Assembly: GCA_024762335.1 (NCBI GenBank)
Contig: JANTHO010000007.1
Location: 383-64,382 of the forward strand
Source of the DNA: Acidimicrobiia bacterium
GTDB taxonomy: Bacteria > Actinomycetota > Acidimicrobiia > Spongiisociales > UBA5794
Direction: 5' to 3'
Length of the DNA: 64,000 nt
A model generated the notes under the pieces. It was not told the origin of the DNA. It did no database searches and saw nothing but the letters and a program-made list of their open reading frames with translations. How positions within the stretch are numbered: position 1 is the stretch's first letter; each line of letters begins with the position of its first letter. Position numbers and translations under genes: made by a program. Below are positions 9,750 to 18,996 of the stretch, piece after piece.

Positions 9750-11981
9750 ATGCCGTACAATTCCGAGTTCATGCGCGCTCAGAACGAAACATTCCTCGCC
9801 GAGGTCCTGCCTCCCGAAGATCGGGTGATCGAAGCCGTCGTCGCCCGATATCAGAGAGTCGCGCCGGCCGTCACACGATTCGCCCGCAGCATCGCCGGCA
9901 ACGAAGAACTTCGTGTCCGACTCGGATCCCAGGCTTCGGCATCCAAGGATGAGATCGTCATCGATCCCGGCGTGTTCCAGGCAGCGTATTCGAGAAGCGC
10001 CCCGGTCACTCCCACCGAGGTGGCGTTGACGTCGGCTCTGCACGAGGCAATCCACCTGATCGCGACGGACCTCGACGAAGAGCGGCCGATCCCCGAGTCG
10101 TGGCTGGCGCACCACCGTTCGCTCGAGGATGACGGCGCCGAAGCCCCTCCCCTCGCGGAACTCACCTCCTACGACTGGTCCGAACCCGAAGCGACTCTCG
10201 ACGCCGAACCGATCGACGAAGCCCTCGAACTCGATGGTCTCCTCACCCCGGACTCAGGTGCGGTCGCCCTCCTCGATGCGCTCAACACGGTCGCCGGCCC
10301 CGCGGCAGAGGCAATGTTCCTGTCGATCGAAGACGCCCGTCAGGAACGCCGTCACCTGGCTCACTTCCCGGGTGCCCGTTCGGTCCTCTCCGACCTCTAC
10401 CGTGCGGCCGTCCCCGGGGCCTCTGCGAACGCACGACCGCTCGGACAGTACGCACTCGCATGCTTTCTCATCGTCGGCGACTACTTCACGATGGATGATC
10501 TGCAGCGACGCGTCTCCCCACACGTTGCATTGGCCATCGGAGACGCGGCAGTGTTCCTCGACCCCGTCGATGATCTCGAAGATCCGTGGGCCGTCGGCGG
10601 CGTCGCCCTGCAGCTCGTCGAAGTCGCGCGGATGCACGGCCTCCTGACGGAAGGAGCCGCATCCGACTCCGCGGTCGGCCGGAAGGGCGAGATGCAGTCT
10701 GATCAATCCGCGATCGCCGAGGGGGTCGACGCCGTACGCATCGTCACCCCTCCGTTGGCCGATCGCGACCACTACGACGAGACCCGCCAGGCCGCCCAGA
10801 CCGTGTCAGCCGAAGAGGGACGTCACGGCGATGTCGATCAGGCCGGAGATCCGGCCGCGGACCAGCTGATGAAAGTGTCGACGGCGCCAACGGTGTATCT
10901 GCCGACGGGCCAGTCGGGGAAGCTCGTCGTCGGCGGTTTCCCCTTCGAGTTCCGGAGGTTCGCTCCAGAGGGACGCGATCTCCTGACCAGCGCCGCCCGG
11001 GAATGGGGGGTCGCCCAACACCGCATCTCCGGCGAGTTGTATCCCCTCTTCCTCGCCAACCAGCGACGCGGCCTGCGCACCGGGTTCGACGCCGGCGACC
11101 TCTCCCCCTACACGCCGCTCCTCCTCGGCGCCGGCCTCTACGAGCGGATGTTCGAGCGCAGGGACCTCCCGAACCGCCGCTCATACGGCGTGAGTCTCCT
11201 CGTCGACGGGTCGGCTTCCATGCTCCAACCCCGGGAGATGCAAGCCGGCCGCAAGCGACCGTGGGCGTTGGCGTCGGCCACACTCGGCGCATGGACACTC
11301 GCCCGTCTCGCAGACGAGCTCCAGATCGAGTTCGAGGTCGCCATCTTCAACCGTGGATTCGTCGCCGCCGTTGATGACACGGAGCGAACGTTTGCAGAAC
11401 GCCGGGGTCGGGCAACCGGGGCGCTCCGCCGTTCTCAAGGAGGCGCCGCCGAACGTCTCACACGCACCGTCAATCACTACATCGTCAAGTCCTTCTCCGA
11501 CCGGTGGAGAGCCGCCGAGGACGTGCTCGCCGGTCTGTTCTGGATGGCTGCGACGCCGCAGGATGCGGCGAAGGAGGCAAGGAAGGAGCCGGGCACGGCA
11601 CCGCCGATCTCCATGTTCGACAAGGCGGCCAACGTCGACGAGTTCAACCTCGCATATGCCGCCCAGCGGCTCGCGTCGCGCAACGTGTCACACCGCATCC
11701 TCGTCGTGCTGGCGGATGGCATGACTCGCGGTTCGGTCGAAGCGCTCGCCGACACCGTCGAATCCATCGAACGCGGGGGAACGATGGTGCTCGGCATCGG
11801 CATCGGTGACGAGACGGTCCAGGCCGCCTACGCCCGGAACCGGGTCGTGGAGCGACCCGAGACGCTCGCGGCGGCGATGATCGACGGCGTCCGGTCCGCC
11901 CTTTTCCGCTCGATCGCCGACGAAGGCGGGGACACGTGGTGGACCCATGCAGCAGAACCAACCGCTCAACTCATCAGTTAG
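9750..11981 (+). CDS. VWA-domain protein with a long N-terminal region carrying an HExxH motif (CbbO/NorD/CobT-like partner of AAA+ ATPases)
   Basis: 743 aa. The MIDAS-type motif DGSAS (LLVDGSASM) is at nt 11204..11218, followed by ILVVLADG...VLGIGIG. HEAIH is at nt 10041..10055. Confidence 0.8.
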   Translation: MPYNSEFMRAQNETFLAEVLPPEDRVIEAVVARYQRVAPAVTRFARSIAGNEELRVRLGSQASASKDEIVIDPGVFQAAYSRSAPVTPTEVALTSALHEAIHLIATDLDEERPIPESWLAHHRSLEDDGAEAPPLAELTSYDWSEPEATLDAEPIDEALELDGLLTPDSGAVALLDALNTVAGPAAEAMFLSIEDARQERRHLAHFPGARSVLSDLYRAAVPGASANARPLGQYALACFLIVGDYFTMDDLQRRVSPHVALAIGDAAVFLDPVDDLEDPWAVGGVALQLVEVARMHGLLTEGAASDSAVGRKGEMQSDQSAIAEGVDAVRIVTPPLADRDHYDETRQAAQTVSAEEGRHGDVDQAGDPAADQLMKVSTAPTVYLPTGQSGKLVVGGFPFEFRRFAPEGRDLLTSAAREWGVAQHRISGELYPLFLANQRRGLRTGFDAGDLSPYTPLLLGAGLYERMFERRDLPNRRSYGVSLLVDGSASMLQPREMQAGRKRPWALASATLGAWTLARLADELQIEFEVAIFNRGFVAAVDDTERTFAERRGRATGALRRSQGGAAERLTRTVNHYIVKSFSDRWRAAEDVLAGLFWMAATPQDAAKEARKEPGTAPPISMFDKAANVDEFNLAYAAQRLASRNVSHRILVVLADGMTRGSVEALADTVESIERGGTMVLGIGIGDETVQAAYARNRVVERPETLAAAMIDGVRSALFRSIADEGGDTWWTHAAEPTAQLIS

Positions 11982-11989
11982 GAGTATCC

Positions 11990-12982
11990 ATGACGAACAC
12001 CGTCACGTTTGAAGACCCGACCGGTTTCGGTAAACCGATCACGCTCACCAAGGGATCGGTCCCGAAAGATCTCCCGGACGCGAAGACTCGCCTCGATCAC
12101 ATCCCGGCGCCGGACCCGTACTACGTCGATCTCGGCATGTTGTATCGCCTGGCAGCGCTTGAACAAGTCCGGGAACGCCGGTTCACGGGGATCCCCCTGC
12201 ACCTGGCGCTGCGTGGACACATGGGGACCGGCAAGGACCACGATCTCGAACAGTTCGCCGCCCTTCTCGAGATCCCCTACTACCGCATCCCGTTGACCGG
12301 CGAAGTGAGGGACATCACGCTCATCGGATCTGTGAAGCTGCACGGTGACGGGAAAGGCGGTACGGAGAGCCGATGGGAGGACGGTGACATCACCCGTGCC
12401 CTCCGAGGGCCCGCCCTCGTCAATCTGTCCGAGTTGAACGCCGCGGGCGCCGAGACGCTCTTCGCTCTCCACGGCCTTCTCGACCGTCATCAGGCGCTCG
12501 AATTGCCAACCGGGGAACTCATCCGGCTCCGCGACGACGTGCGCATCTTCGGGACGCTCAACCCGACCGACCTGCGGGACTACGCAGGCACACAGACCCT
12601 CAATAAGGCGTTCGCCGACCGGTGGATCATCTGGGAGAAGGAGTTCCCCGCTGAAGAGGAACTGCAGACCATGATCGAGCGACGCCATCCTGCGATGAAA
12701 CGCGAAGTCGTCGAACTGATCTCGAAACTCGCCGTGGAGCTCAACGAGTCGTTCACCTCGACCGACACACGAACACGCGTCGAGACCCCGATGAGCCTGC
12801 GCACCGTCCTCGACCGGATCCCCGCCGGTCTCGACATGTATTCAGATGCAGAGGATCCGCTGCGACGCTCATGGGAAGAGTTCGTGCTTCCGCACATCGA
12901 CCCGTACGATCGTGACCACTACGAGACCGTTTGGGCGGCCGTCGTCCGACGCGGTCCCTCCGGCTCACCGTTTTCCAAGTAG
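11990..12982 (+). CDS. AAA+ ATPase of the CbbQ/NorQ/CobS/MoxR (AAA_5) type with non-canonical Walker motifs
   Basis: ATG at 11990 is preceded by AGGAG and lies 8 nt after the VWA stop. Length 330 aa. By eye it aligns to NorQ/CbbQ: GHMGTGKD aligns with GPTGCGKT, and LVNLSELN aligns with the hhhhDE Walker B. RIFGTLNP corresponds to sensor 1. Confidence 0.8.
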   Translation: MTNTVTFEDPTGFGKPITLTKGSVPKDLPDAKTRLDHIPAPDPYYVDLGMLYRLAALEQVRERRFTGIPLHLALRGHMGTGKDHDLEQFAALLEIPYYRIPLTGEVRDITLIGSVKLHGDGKGGTESRWEDGDITRALRGPALVNLSELNAAGAETLFALHGLLDRHQALELPTGELIRLRDDVRIFGTLNPTDLRDYAGTQTLNKAFADRWIIWEKEFPAEEELQTMIERRHPAMKREVVELISKLAVELNESFTSTDTRTRVETPMSLRTVLDRIPAGLDMYSDAEDPLRRSWEEFVLPHIDPYDRDHYETVWAAVVRRGPSGSPFSK

Positions 12983-12991
12983 GAGGAAGCC

Positions 12992-13477
12992 ATGCCGTCA
13001 TTCGACATCGTCTCCCAGGTCGATACGCAGGAAGTCCGCAACGCCGTCGATCAGGCCATGCGTGAAGTCGTCAACCGTTACGACTTCAAAGGCACCGACA
13101 CGAAGATCGCACTCACCGAGGAGGGCATCAGCATCGAGTCCGCATCCGACCATCGCGTCGAAGCAGCCATCGACGTGCTGAAGGGCAAACTCGTGAAGCG
13201 CAAGGTGTCGCTCAAGTCGATCTCCGGCGGAGAGATCAAACCGGCGAGCGGCGGCCGCGCACGTGCAGAGTTCACGCTCAATCAGGGCATCGCCCAGGAC
13301 GATGCGAAGGAACTCTCGAAAGCCATCCGCGACATGAAGCTGAAGGTCCAGGCACAGATCCAGGGTGACCAGTTGCGGGTCCAGGCGAAGAAACGCGACG
13401 ACCTGCAGACCGTCATCGCCGAGATCAAGGGCCTCGACTTCCGCGTCCCACTCCAATTCGTCAACTACCGGGACTAG
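12992..13477 (+). CDS. yajQ: YajQ family nucleotide / cyclic-di-GMP-binding protein (UPF0234)
   Basis: MPSFDIVSQVDTQEVRNAVDQAMREVVNRYDFKG, 161 aa. AGGAGG lies upstream. It starts 9 nt after the AAA+ stop. Confidence 0.9.
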   Translation: MPSFDIVSQVDTQEVRNAVDQAMREVVNRYDFKGTDTKIALTEEGISIESASDHRVEAAIDVLKGKLVKRKVSLKSISGGEIKPASGGRARAEFTLNQGIAQDDAKELSKAIRDMKLKVQAQIQGDQLRVQAKKRDDLQTVIAEIKGLDFRVPLQFVNYRD

Positions 13478-13543
13478 ACGACCAACCGGGGGCGTCCGCC
13501 GATCTTGCGGATTGGACGGGAACAGACCTCGTGAGCTCTCGAG

Positions 13544-14323
13544 TCACGGCTTCCGGAAAAGGTATGAGATGAGCCCGTCGGCCTCCTTGCCGGGAGTGAC
13601 CTCACAATTGCCGTCTGGGTCGCAACTCCAGTCGTCCCGGATCCACAGGCCTTCGATTTCGTCGGGACCCACGAACGACCCCTTGAACAGGCTCCTCTCA
13701 GCCACGTTCCCGGGTGGAGCGACCACCCCGCCGGTGCCGAAGTCTCGTGTGAACGCGAACCAGACGTCGTTGCCGTCCAGCCCGAATGCCGTGTCGTACT
13801 CGTAGTCATCGTTCAGCAGATTGATCGTGCCGCTGTTCGTCCCCTCGAAGACGAGAGTGAACCCGCCCCGCCCGTAGTCGCCTGTCGATGTGAACCAGGA
13901 CATCTCCCAGACCCCGCTGAGTTCGCCGGTGCCTGTGAAAGCCGTAGTGCCGGGCTCCGAGCCCGGCGGCATGTTCGCGCCTTCGGCAGGCGCAGGAATT
14001 GCTGCACTTGTCGACACAACGACCGGTGATTCGGCATCCACCCCATCGGAATCGTTCGATCGAGCCAGGAAGTACGCCACGAAGATGGCGAAGAACAAGG
14101 CGGCGGTACTGCCGATCAACACCAGAAGGCGAAGCCATGCTCTCAGTTCGGTTGGCGGCCTGCTTCCGGTTTCCTGTTTGTGGCTCTGCTCGTCCTTGCG
14201 AACGTCGAACTCCGTCAGGTCGGAAATCAGGTCACGAGCATGGTTGTCAAAACGTTGCGCTTCTTCGCTGAACGATTGGTCACCATCGACGTTTGCCACC
14301 TGGCCTCCGGGCTCTCTGTGCAT
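13544..14323 (-). CDS. Single-pass membrane protein, unknown function
   Basis: ORF 13544..14326, with an ATG at 14323. One TM helix (WLRLLVLIGSTAALFFAIFVAYFLA) is followed by an extracytoplasmic domain of about 170 aa. No motif recognised. Confidence 0.55.
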   Translation of the reverse strand: MHREPGGQVANVDGDQSFSEEAQRFDNHARDLISDLTEFDVRKDEQSHKQETGSRPPTELRAWLRLLVLIGSTAALFFAIFVAYFLARSNDSDGVDAESPVVVSTSAAIPAPAEGANMPPGSEPGTTAFTGTGELSGVWEMSWFTSTGDYGRGGFTLVFEGTNSGTINLLNDDYEYDTAFGLDGNDVWFAFTRDFGTGGVVAPPGNVAERSLFKGSFVGPDEIEGLWIRDDWSCDPDGNCEVTPGKEADGLISYLFRKP

Positions 14324-14590
14324 CAATTATCGGTACCTGAGGAGCCCCGTGGCAATTCGGCAGCCGTCGCTCGATGGGGAGGGGTTGGTTGAGTGCGACC
14401 ATGACCATACAACGCTGACTTGACGCGTCCGACCTCAAAGTGGTGATTACGCTCGCCGTCGGAGGCGGGAGCGGCATCGCCGCGATGACGACTGACCCGC
14501 ACAGGACATCCCGTCAGGGCGAGGTCTGCACCGAGGCCGCCGCCTCCAACGACACGCGAAGGGCCCCGGGTCGCCAGATTCCGTTCGAGT

Positions 14591-15277
14591 TCATTTCGTA
14601 CCGGAATCGACCGATCCGAGGGCGCCCAGGAGATCGAGTGCCTCCCCGACTCTCTCAACCGTCGACTCCGGGACGATCCCCGTGAGCGGCCAGCGCCGCC
14701 CCCGTGCGATCCAGATCGTGCGGAGGCCGACTCCCGCTCCGCCGGCGATGTCGGACGATGGGCTGTCCCCGATCATCCACCCACCGGCCAGGGTCGCTTC
14801 GGCCGCGTCTGCAACCGCATGGAAGATCCCGGGATCAGGCTTGGCTGTGCCCAACTCCCGGGAGACGCACACCCCGTCGACGAGCCCGAAGAGGTTTGCG
14901 GCCTCCATCTTCGGCCGCTGGGCGCGTGAGCCGTTCGTCGCAACGCCGATCTTCCACCCGTTCGAGCGGAGTTGAGACAGGCCGTCGTGGACGACGGGAT
15001 CCGGCTCGAAGTAGGTCGGAAACTCCCGGTAGAACTCGTCGACCAACTCCTCGGCCGAAGCCGGGAGGCCGAAATGTTCGACGATGGCCTCGAACAAGCC
15101 GAGCCGTGGACGATCGCTGTCCGCATCCGCTGCGAGGATCCACTCCTGCGCGGTCGGTCCCAACCCGCGATGGTCGGTCCAATCGTTCACCCACCGCGAG
15201 AATGCCCTTTCCCGATCGATCAGCGTGTCGTCAAGATCGAAGATCAGGATCGGTTGCATCGCAGCGGCGTCCTTCAC
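14591..15277 (-). CDS. HAD-superfamily hydrolase
   Basis: Motif I is ILIFDLDDTL and motif IV is WMIGDSPSSDI. The alternative start at Met7 is at 15259. Confidence 0.85.
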   Translation of the reverse strand: MKDAAAMQPILIFDLDDTLIDRERAFSRWVNDWTDHRGLGPTAQEWILAADADSDRPRLGLFEAIVEHFGLPASAEELVDEFYREFPTYFEPDPVVHDGLSQLRSNGWKIGVATNGSRAQRPKMEAANLFGLVDGVCVSRELGTAKPDPGIFHAVADAAEATLAGGWMIGDSPSSDIAGGAGVGLRTIWIARGRRWPLTGIVPESTVERVGEALDLLGALGSVDSGTK

Positions 15278-15354
15278 CCGGCTCCTTCCTTCCCCCCACC
15301 CTACCGATCAGCTCTCGTGTCACTTGATGATCCAAGACCGCGATCGGGTAGATT

Positions 15355-16560
15355 GTGGCCATGTTCACTTTCACTCCCATCGCGTCATCGATCCACGACG
15401 AGGTCTCCGTCAACCGAATCGTCGACCAGTACCGCAGCGCCCTCGAGAGCATCGGCGGGAGCCTCGATCCGACGAACGGTCCGACCCTGCCGTTCGTGCT
15501 CACCGGGGGAACCGAAGCACAGATCCTCGAACAGTGGAACGACGGAGAGCCCCTGTTCCTCATCGCCCACCCCAACCAGAACTCGCTCCCATCGTCGCTC
15601 GAGGCGCTCGCCCGGGTCGGACAGCTCGGCGGTCGGGGACGCATCCTCTACCTGAGCGGCCCCGACGACACCGAGGGTCTCGAGCGGCTCGCCGAGGCGG
15701 TCCACGATCTCGACGTGTACCGGCACATGAAGGAGAAGACGATCGGAGTCGTCGGCCCGCCGTCGGACTGGCTCGTTGCATCGATGCCCGACCCCGCCGT
15801 CCTCAAAGCCGCGTGGGGTCCGACGGCGATCCCGATCGGCCTCGACCGCCTCTACCAGGTCTACACGACCCACCCGGATGTCGAACCACTCCCCGCGGGC
15901 GAGACCCGTGTCACGATCGGTGAGATCGACAAAGCCGAAGGGATCTACAAGGGGCTGCAGGATCTCGTCGCCGGTGAGCACCTCGACGCGTTGAGCCTCC
16001 GCTGCTTCGACGTGATCGGCGACATCGACACGACGGGATGTCTGGCACTCGCCCGCCTCAACGACGAGGGAACGATCGCCGGATGCGAGGGCGATCTGGT
16101 CAGCACCGTCACGATGATGTGGGTGCGTGAACTGCTCGGCGAGGTCGCGTGGATGGCCAACCCGTCACGTGCCAATCCCGTCGAGGACACGCTCTGGTTG
16201 GCGCATTGCACCGTGCCGCCCAGCCTCATCTCGAACCTCCGGCTCGACACGCATTTCGAGTCCGATCGCGGTGTCGGCATGCACGGTGAGTTCGCCCCCG
16301 GTCCGATCACCGTGGTCCGTGTCGGCGGCAACGAGATGGAGCGCATCTGGCTGGCCGAGGGCGAGATCCTCCACCCCGGCGATGAACCGGATCTGTGCCG
16401 CACCCAGGTGGAACTAGAACTGGAAGAGGGCGCCGTCGCAGAACTCCTCAGCGACCCGCTCGGCAACCACCTCGTGATGATCCAGGGTCACCATGCCGGA
16501 CGCCTCTGGTCGTGGTGGGAGGCCATGGTCGCTCCCTCCCCCCAGGTTCGTCAGGCGTGA
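15355..16560 (+). CDS. L-fucose/L-arabinose isomerase-family-like protein (putative sugar isomerase)
   Basis: 401 aa. The call rests on general resemblance to the fucose-isomerase fold family (GCEGDL..., LAHC...). It comes from memory only. Confidence 0.55.
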   Translation: MAMFTFTPIASSIHDEVSVNRIVDQYRSALESIGGSLDPTNGPTLPFVLTGGTEAQILEQWNDGEPLFLIAHPNQNSLPSSLEALARVGQLGGRGRILYLSGPDDTEGLERLAEAVHDLDVYRHMKEKTIGVVGPPSDWLVASMPDPAVLKAAWGPTAIPIGLDRLYQVYTTHPDVEPLPAGETRVTIGEIDKAEGIYKGLQDLVAGEHLDALSLRCFDVIGDIDTTGCLALARLNDEGTIAGCEGDLVSTVTMMWVRELLGEVAWMANPSRANPVEDTLWLAHCTVPPSLISNLRLDTHFESDRGVGMHGEFAPGPITVVRVGGNEMERIWLAEGEILHPGDEPDLCRTQVELELEEGAVAELLSDPLGNHLVMIQGHHAGRLWSWWEAMVAPSPQVRQA

Positions 16561-17987
16561 ACGCCGCCGCCGTCGCCATCGACGAAGCGCGCGGCGAGCC
16601 ACGTCGTGAATGGCACGGCGGCAACGAGACCAATGCTCCCCACGAGCGTGCGGACGATCTCGACCGCTACCACCTCGCTGTTCGCAACGACCCCCAGGGA
16701 CTGTCCGGCGACCAGGAAGAGGACGAGCAGCGGTAGAGAAGCCCCCGCGTATGCGAGCAGGAGCGTGTTGACGATCGAGGCGATGTGGTCGCGGCCGATC
16801 CGCATCGCACCTTGGAAGAGGTCGCGACGTCGGTACGCCGGATTCGCCGCTCGCAACTCCCATACCGTCGCCGCCTGCGTGATGGCGACATCGTCGAGTG
16901 CCCCGGCAGCACCGAGCACGATTCCGGCGAGGAGCAGCCCACCGACATCGATGCTCCCGAAGAACGTCAACAGGGACGTCTCTTCGGCTGCGAATCCCGA
17001 AAACCGGGCGGCTTCAACGACGATGGCGGACAGCACGACGGTGAGCACGAGTGCCGCAATCATGCCGAGCAGCGCGATCGTGGTCCGACGGTTGATGCCA
17101 TGGGCGAGATACATCGCGATGAAGGCAATCGCCGCCGACCCCACGACGGCAACCAGGAGCGGATTGCGCCCATCGAGGATGGAGGGCAGCACGTAGATCA
17201 GCATCACTGCCAGGCTCGCAACGAGACCCGCGAGCGCACTCACCCCTTTCCAGCCGCCGAGAGCGACCACGACGATGGCGAACAGAGCCGCCACCACGAT
17301 CAGCACGAAACGCCGATCGAAATCCGCGAACCGGTAGAGCGACTGTGGTTCCGGTGGACGAACCGATGCGACGATGAGGTCGTCACCGTCGTAGATGAAG
17401 TCGACGAGGACTTCACTGCCAACCGTCAGCGTCGCAGCCTCATCGCCGGGCATCGCCTCATATGTGGCGCTTCGGCCTCCCTCTCCATCATCGATCGTCA
17501 GGCGAAGCTGGGCACATGTGGCCTCCGTGTCGAACGAACACGGCGCAGACCCGACGTCCTCGATCACGCCTCCGGGAGTGACGCGCGACAAGAGCACATG
17601 GTCCCCCTCACCGAAGTCCGGTGTGAGCGGTGAGATCGGAAACTCCTGGCTGTAGACGAATCCCACATCCGGGCCGCCCGTCAGTTCGAAACGTACGACT
17701 TCGCATACCTGCGTTTCGATACCTGCGCAGCCCTGTTCGGTCACGCTCACGACGCTTGCCGGATGAAAATCGGTCGGGAGCCCGAGGGCCGAGAGGTCAT
17801 CAGCCTGGGTCCGATAGGCCCCGGTGGGACGGGAGAGCAGCATCGCGACGAGGATGAGAATTCCGATGACGATCCCGACAACCACGAAGGGATCGATACG
17901 ACGCGGCTCGTCGTCACCGGAGTCGTCATCCGGTGCGAACGCCATCCACTCGTCAAGTTGGCCGGGGTCGCCCGAACCGGTAGACAT
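16551..17987 (-). CDS. YibE/F family membrane protein
   Basis: Internal ATG at 17987 of ORF 16551..18635 gives MSTGSGDPG.... One N-terminal TM is followed by an extracytoplasmic domain and a polytopic C-terminal half (ALAGLVASLAVMLIYVLPSIL...). Length 478 aa. Confidence 0.75.
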   Translation of the reverse strand: MSTGSGDPGQLDEWMAFAPDDDSGDDEPRRIDPFVVVGIVIGILILVAMLLSRPTGAYRTQADDLSALGLPTDFHPASVVSVTEQGCAGIETQVCEVVRFELTGGPDVGFVYSQEFPISPLTPDFGEGDHVLLSRVTPGGVIEDVGSAPCSFDTEATCAQLRLTIDDGEGGRSATYEAMPGDEAATLTVGSEVLVDFIYDGDDLIVASVRPPEPQSLYRFADFDRRFVLIVVAALFAIVVVALGGWKGVSALAGLVASLAVMLIYVLPSILDGRNPLLVAVVGSAAIAFIAMYLAHGINRRTTIALLGMIAALVLTVVLSAIVVEAARFSGFAAEETSLLTFFGSIDVGGLLLAGIVLGAAGALDDVAITQAATVWELRAANPAYRRRDLFQGAMRIGRDHIASIVNTLLLAYAGASLPLLVLFLVAGQSLGVVANSEVVAVEIVRTLVGSIGLVAAVPFTTWLAARFVDGDGGGVHA

Positions 17988-18113
17988 GGGGAGATTATTC
18001 CACACCCGGCCGACTGCGCCTTCTCTTCGAGCCACGGCCTGGTTCGGAGGATCGCGTGGCAGTGCGTGGGAGCGGTTGCGGGAGACCCGGTCGTCACCCG
18101 GTACGCTGGCAGC

Positions 18114-18872
18114 ATGCCATGGGATCCCGATCTCTATCTGAGGTTTGCCGATCACCGGACCCGCCCGGGTATCGAACTGCTGGCGCGCGTTCCCGACCGT
18201 GAGCCACGGACGATCGTCGATCTGGGATGCGGAACGGGGGACCTCACATCTCTCCTCGCCTCGCGGTGGCCGGATGCCGACGTGGCCGGCATCGATTCGT
18301 CGACGGAGATGATCACCCACGCCCGGCGGGAGTACCCGGACATGGCCTGGTCCGTCGCAGACATCGCTTTCTGGGAACCATCCGGGTCGGTCGACCTCAT
18401 CTTCTCGAATGCCGCGCTCCACTGGCTCGACGACCACGAAGCGCTCTTCACGCGACTGCGCGGGCTCGTCGCCCCCGGCGGGGTGGTCGCCGTGCAGATG
18501 CCCGACAACTGGGCGGCCCCAACGCATCGGATCGCTGCCGAGATCCTCGATGCGGGCGACTGGCCGGATGGCGCCCAAGACGCGCTCCTGCGAGATCGCC
18601 TCTCCCCTCCTCCCGACTACGCCCGATGGCTCCAACCCGCCGAAGTCGACGTGTGGCGAACCACGTACTACCAGCGACTCACCGGGGAGGACCCCGTATG
18701 GAACTGGGTAACCGGATCGGTACTCCGCCCGGTGCTCGCCGCTCTCGACGAAGACCAGCGCGAACGCTTCAGTGGACTCTGCCGGGAGCGCTACCGCGAG
18801 GCGTATCCGCGGGAATGTGACGGCACGACCGTGCTTCCGTTTTCACGACTCTTCATGGTCGCAAGGTTGTAG
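18114..18872 (+). CDS. tam: Trans-aconitate 2-methyltransferase-like SAM-dependent methyltransferase
   Basis: Internal ATG at 18114 gives MPWDPDLYLRFADHRTRPGIELL. The SAM motif is VDLGCGTGDLT, and AALHWLDDH is present. Length 252 aa. Confidence 0.85.
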   Translation: MPWDPDLYLRFADHRTRPGIELLARVPDREPRTIVDLGCGTGDLTSLLASRWPDADVAGIDSSTEMITHARREYPDMAWSVADIAFWEPSGSVDLIFSNAALHWLDDHEALFTRLRGLVAPGGVVAVQMPDNWAAPTHRIAAEILDAGDWPDGAQDALLRDRLSPPPDYARWLQPAEVDVWRTTYYQRLTGEDPVWNWVTGSVLRPVLAALDEDQRERFSGLCRERYREAYPRECDGTTVLPFSRLFMVARL

Positions 18873-18996
18873 GGCGGCATCCGGCACTCATCGTCACGAA
18901 ACACCCGATGCCGGCGTCTGCTGACCCGATCAATCTCACAGTGCTGATCACGAACCTCTGCGGCGAAGGGCCCCTTGCCAATCTAGAGTTCCCAAC

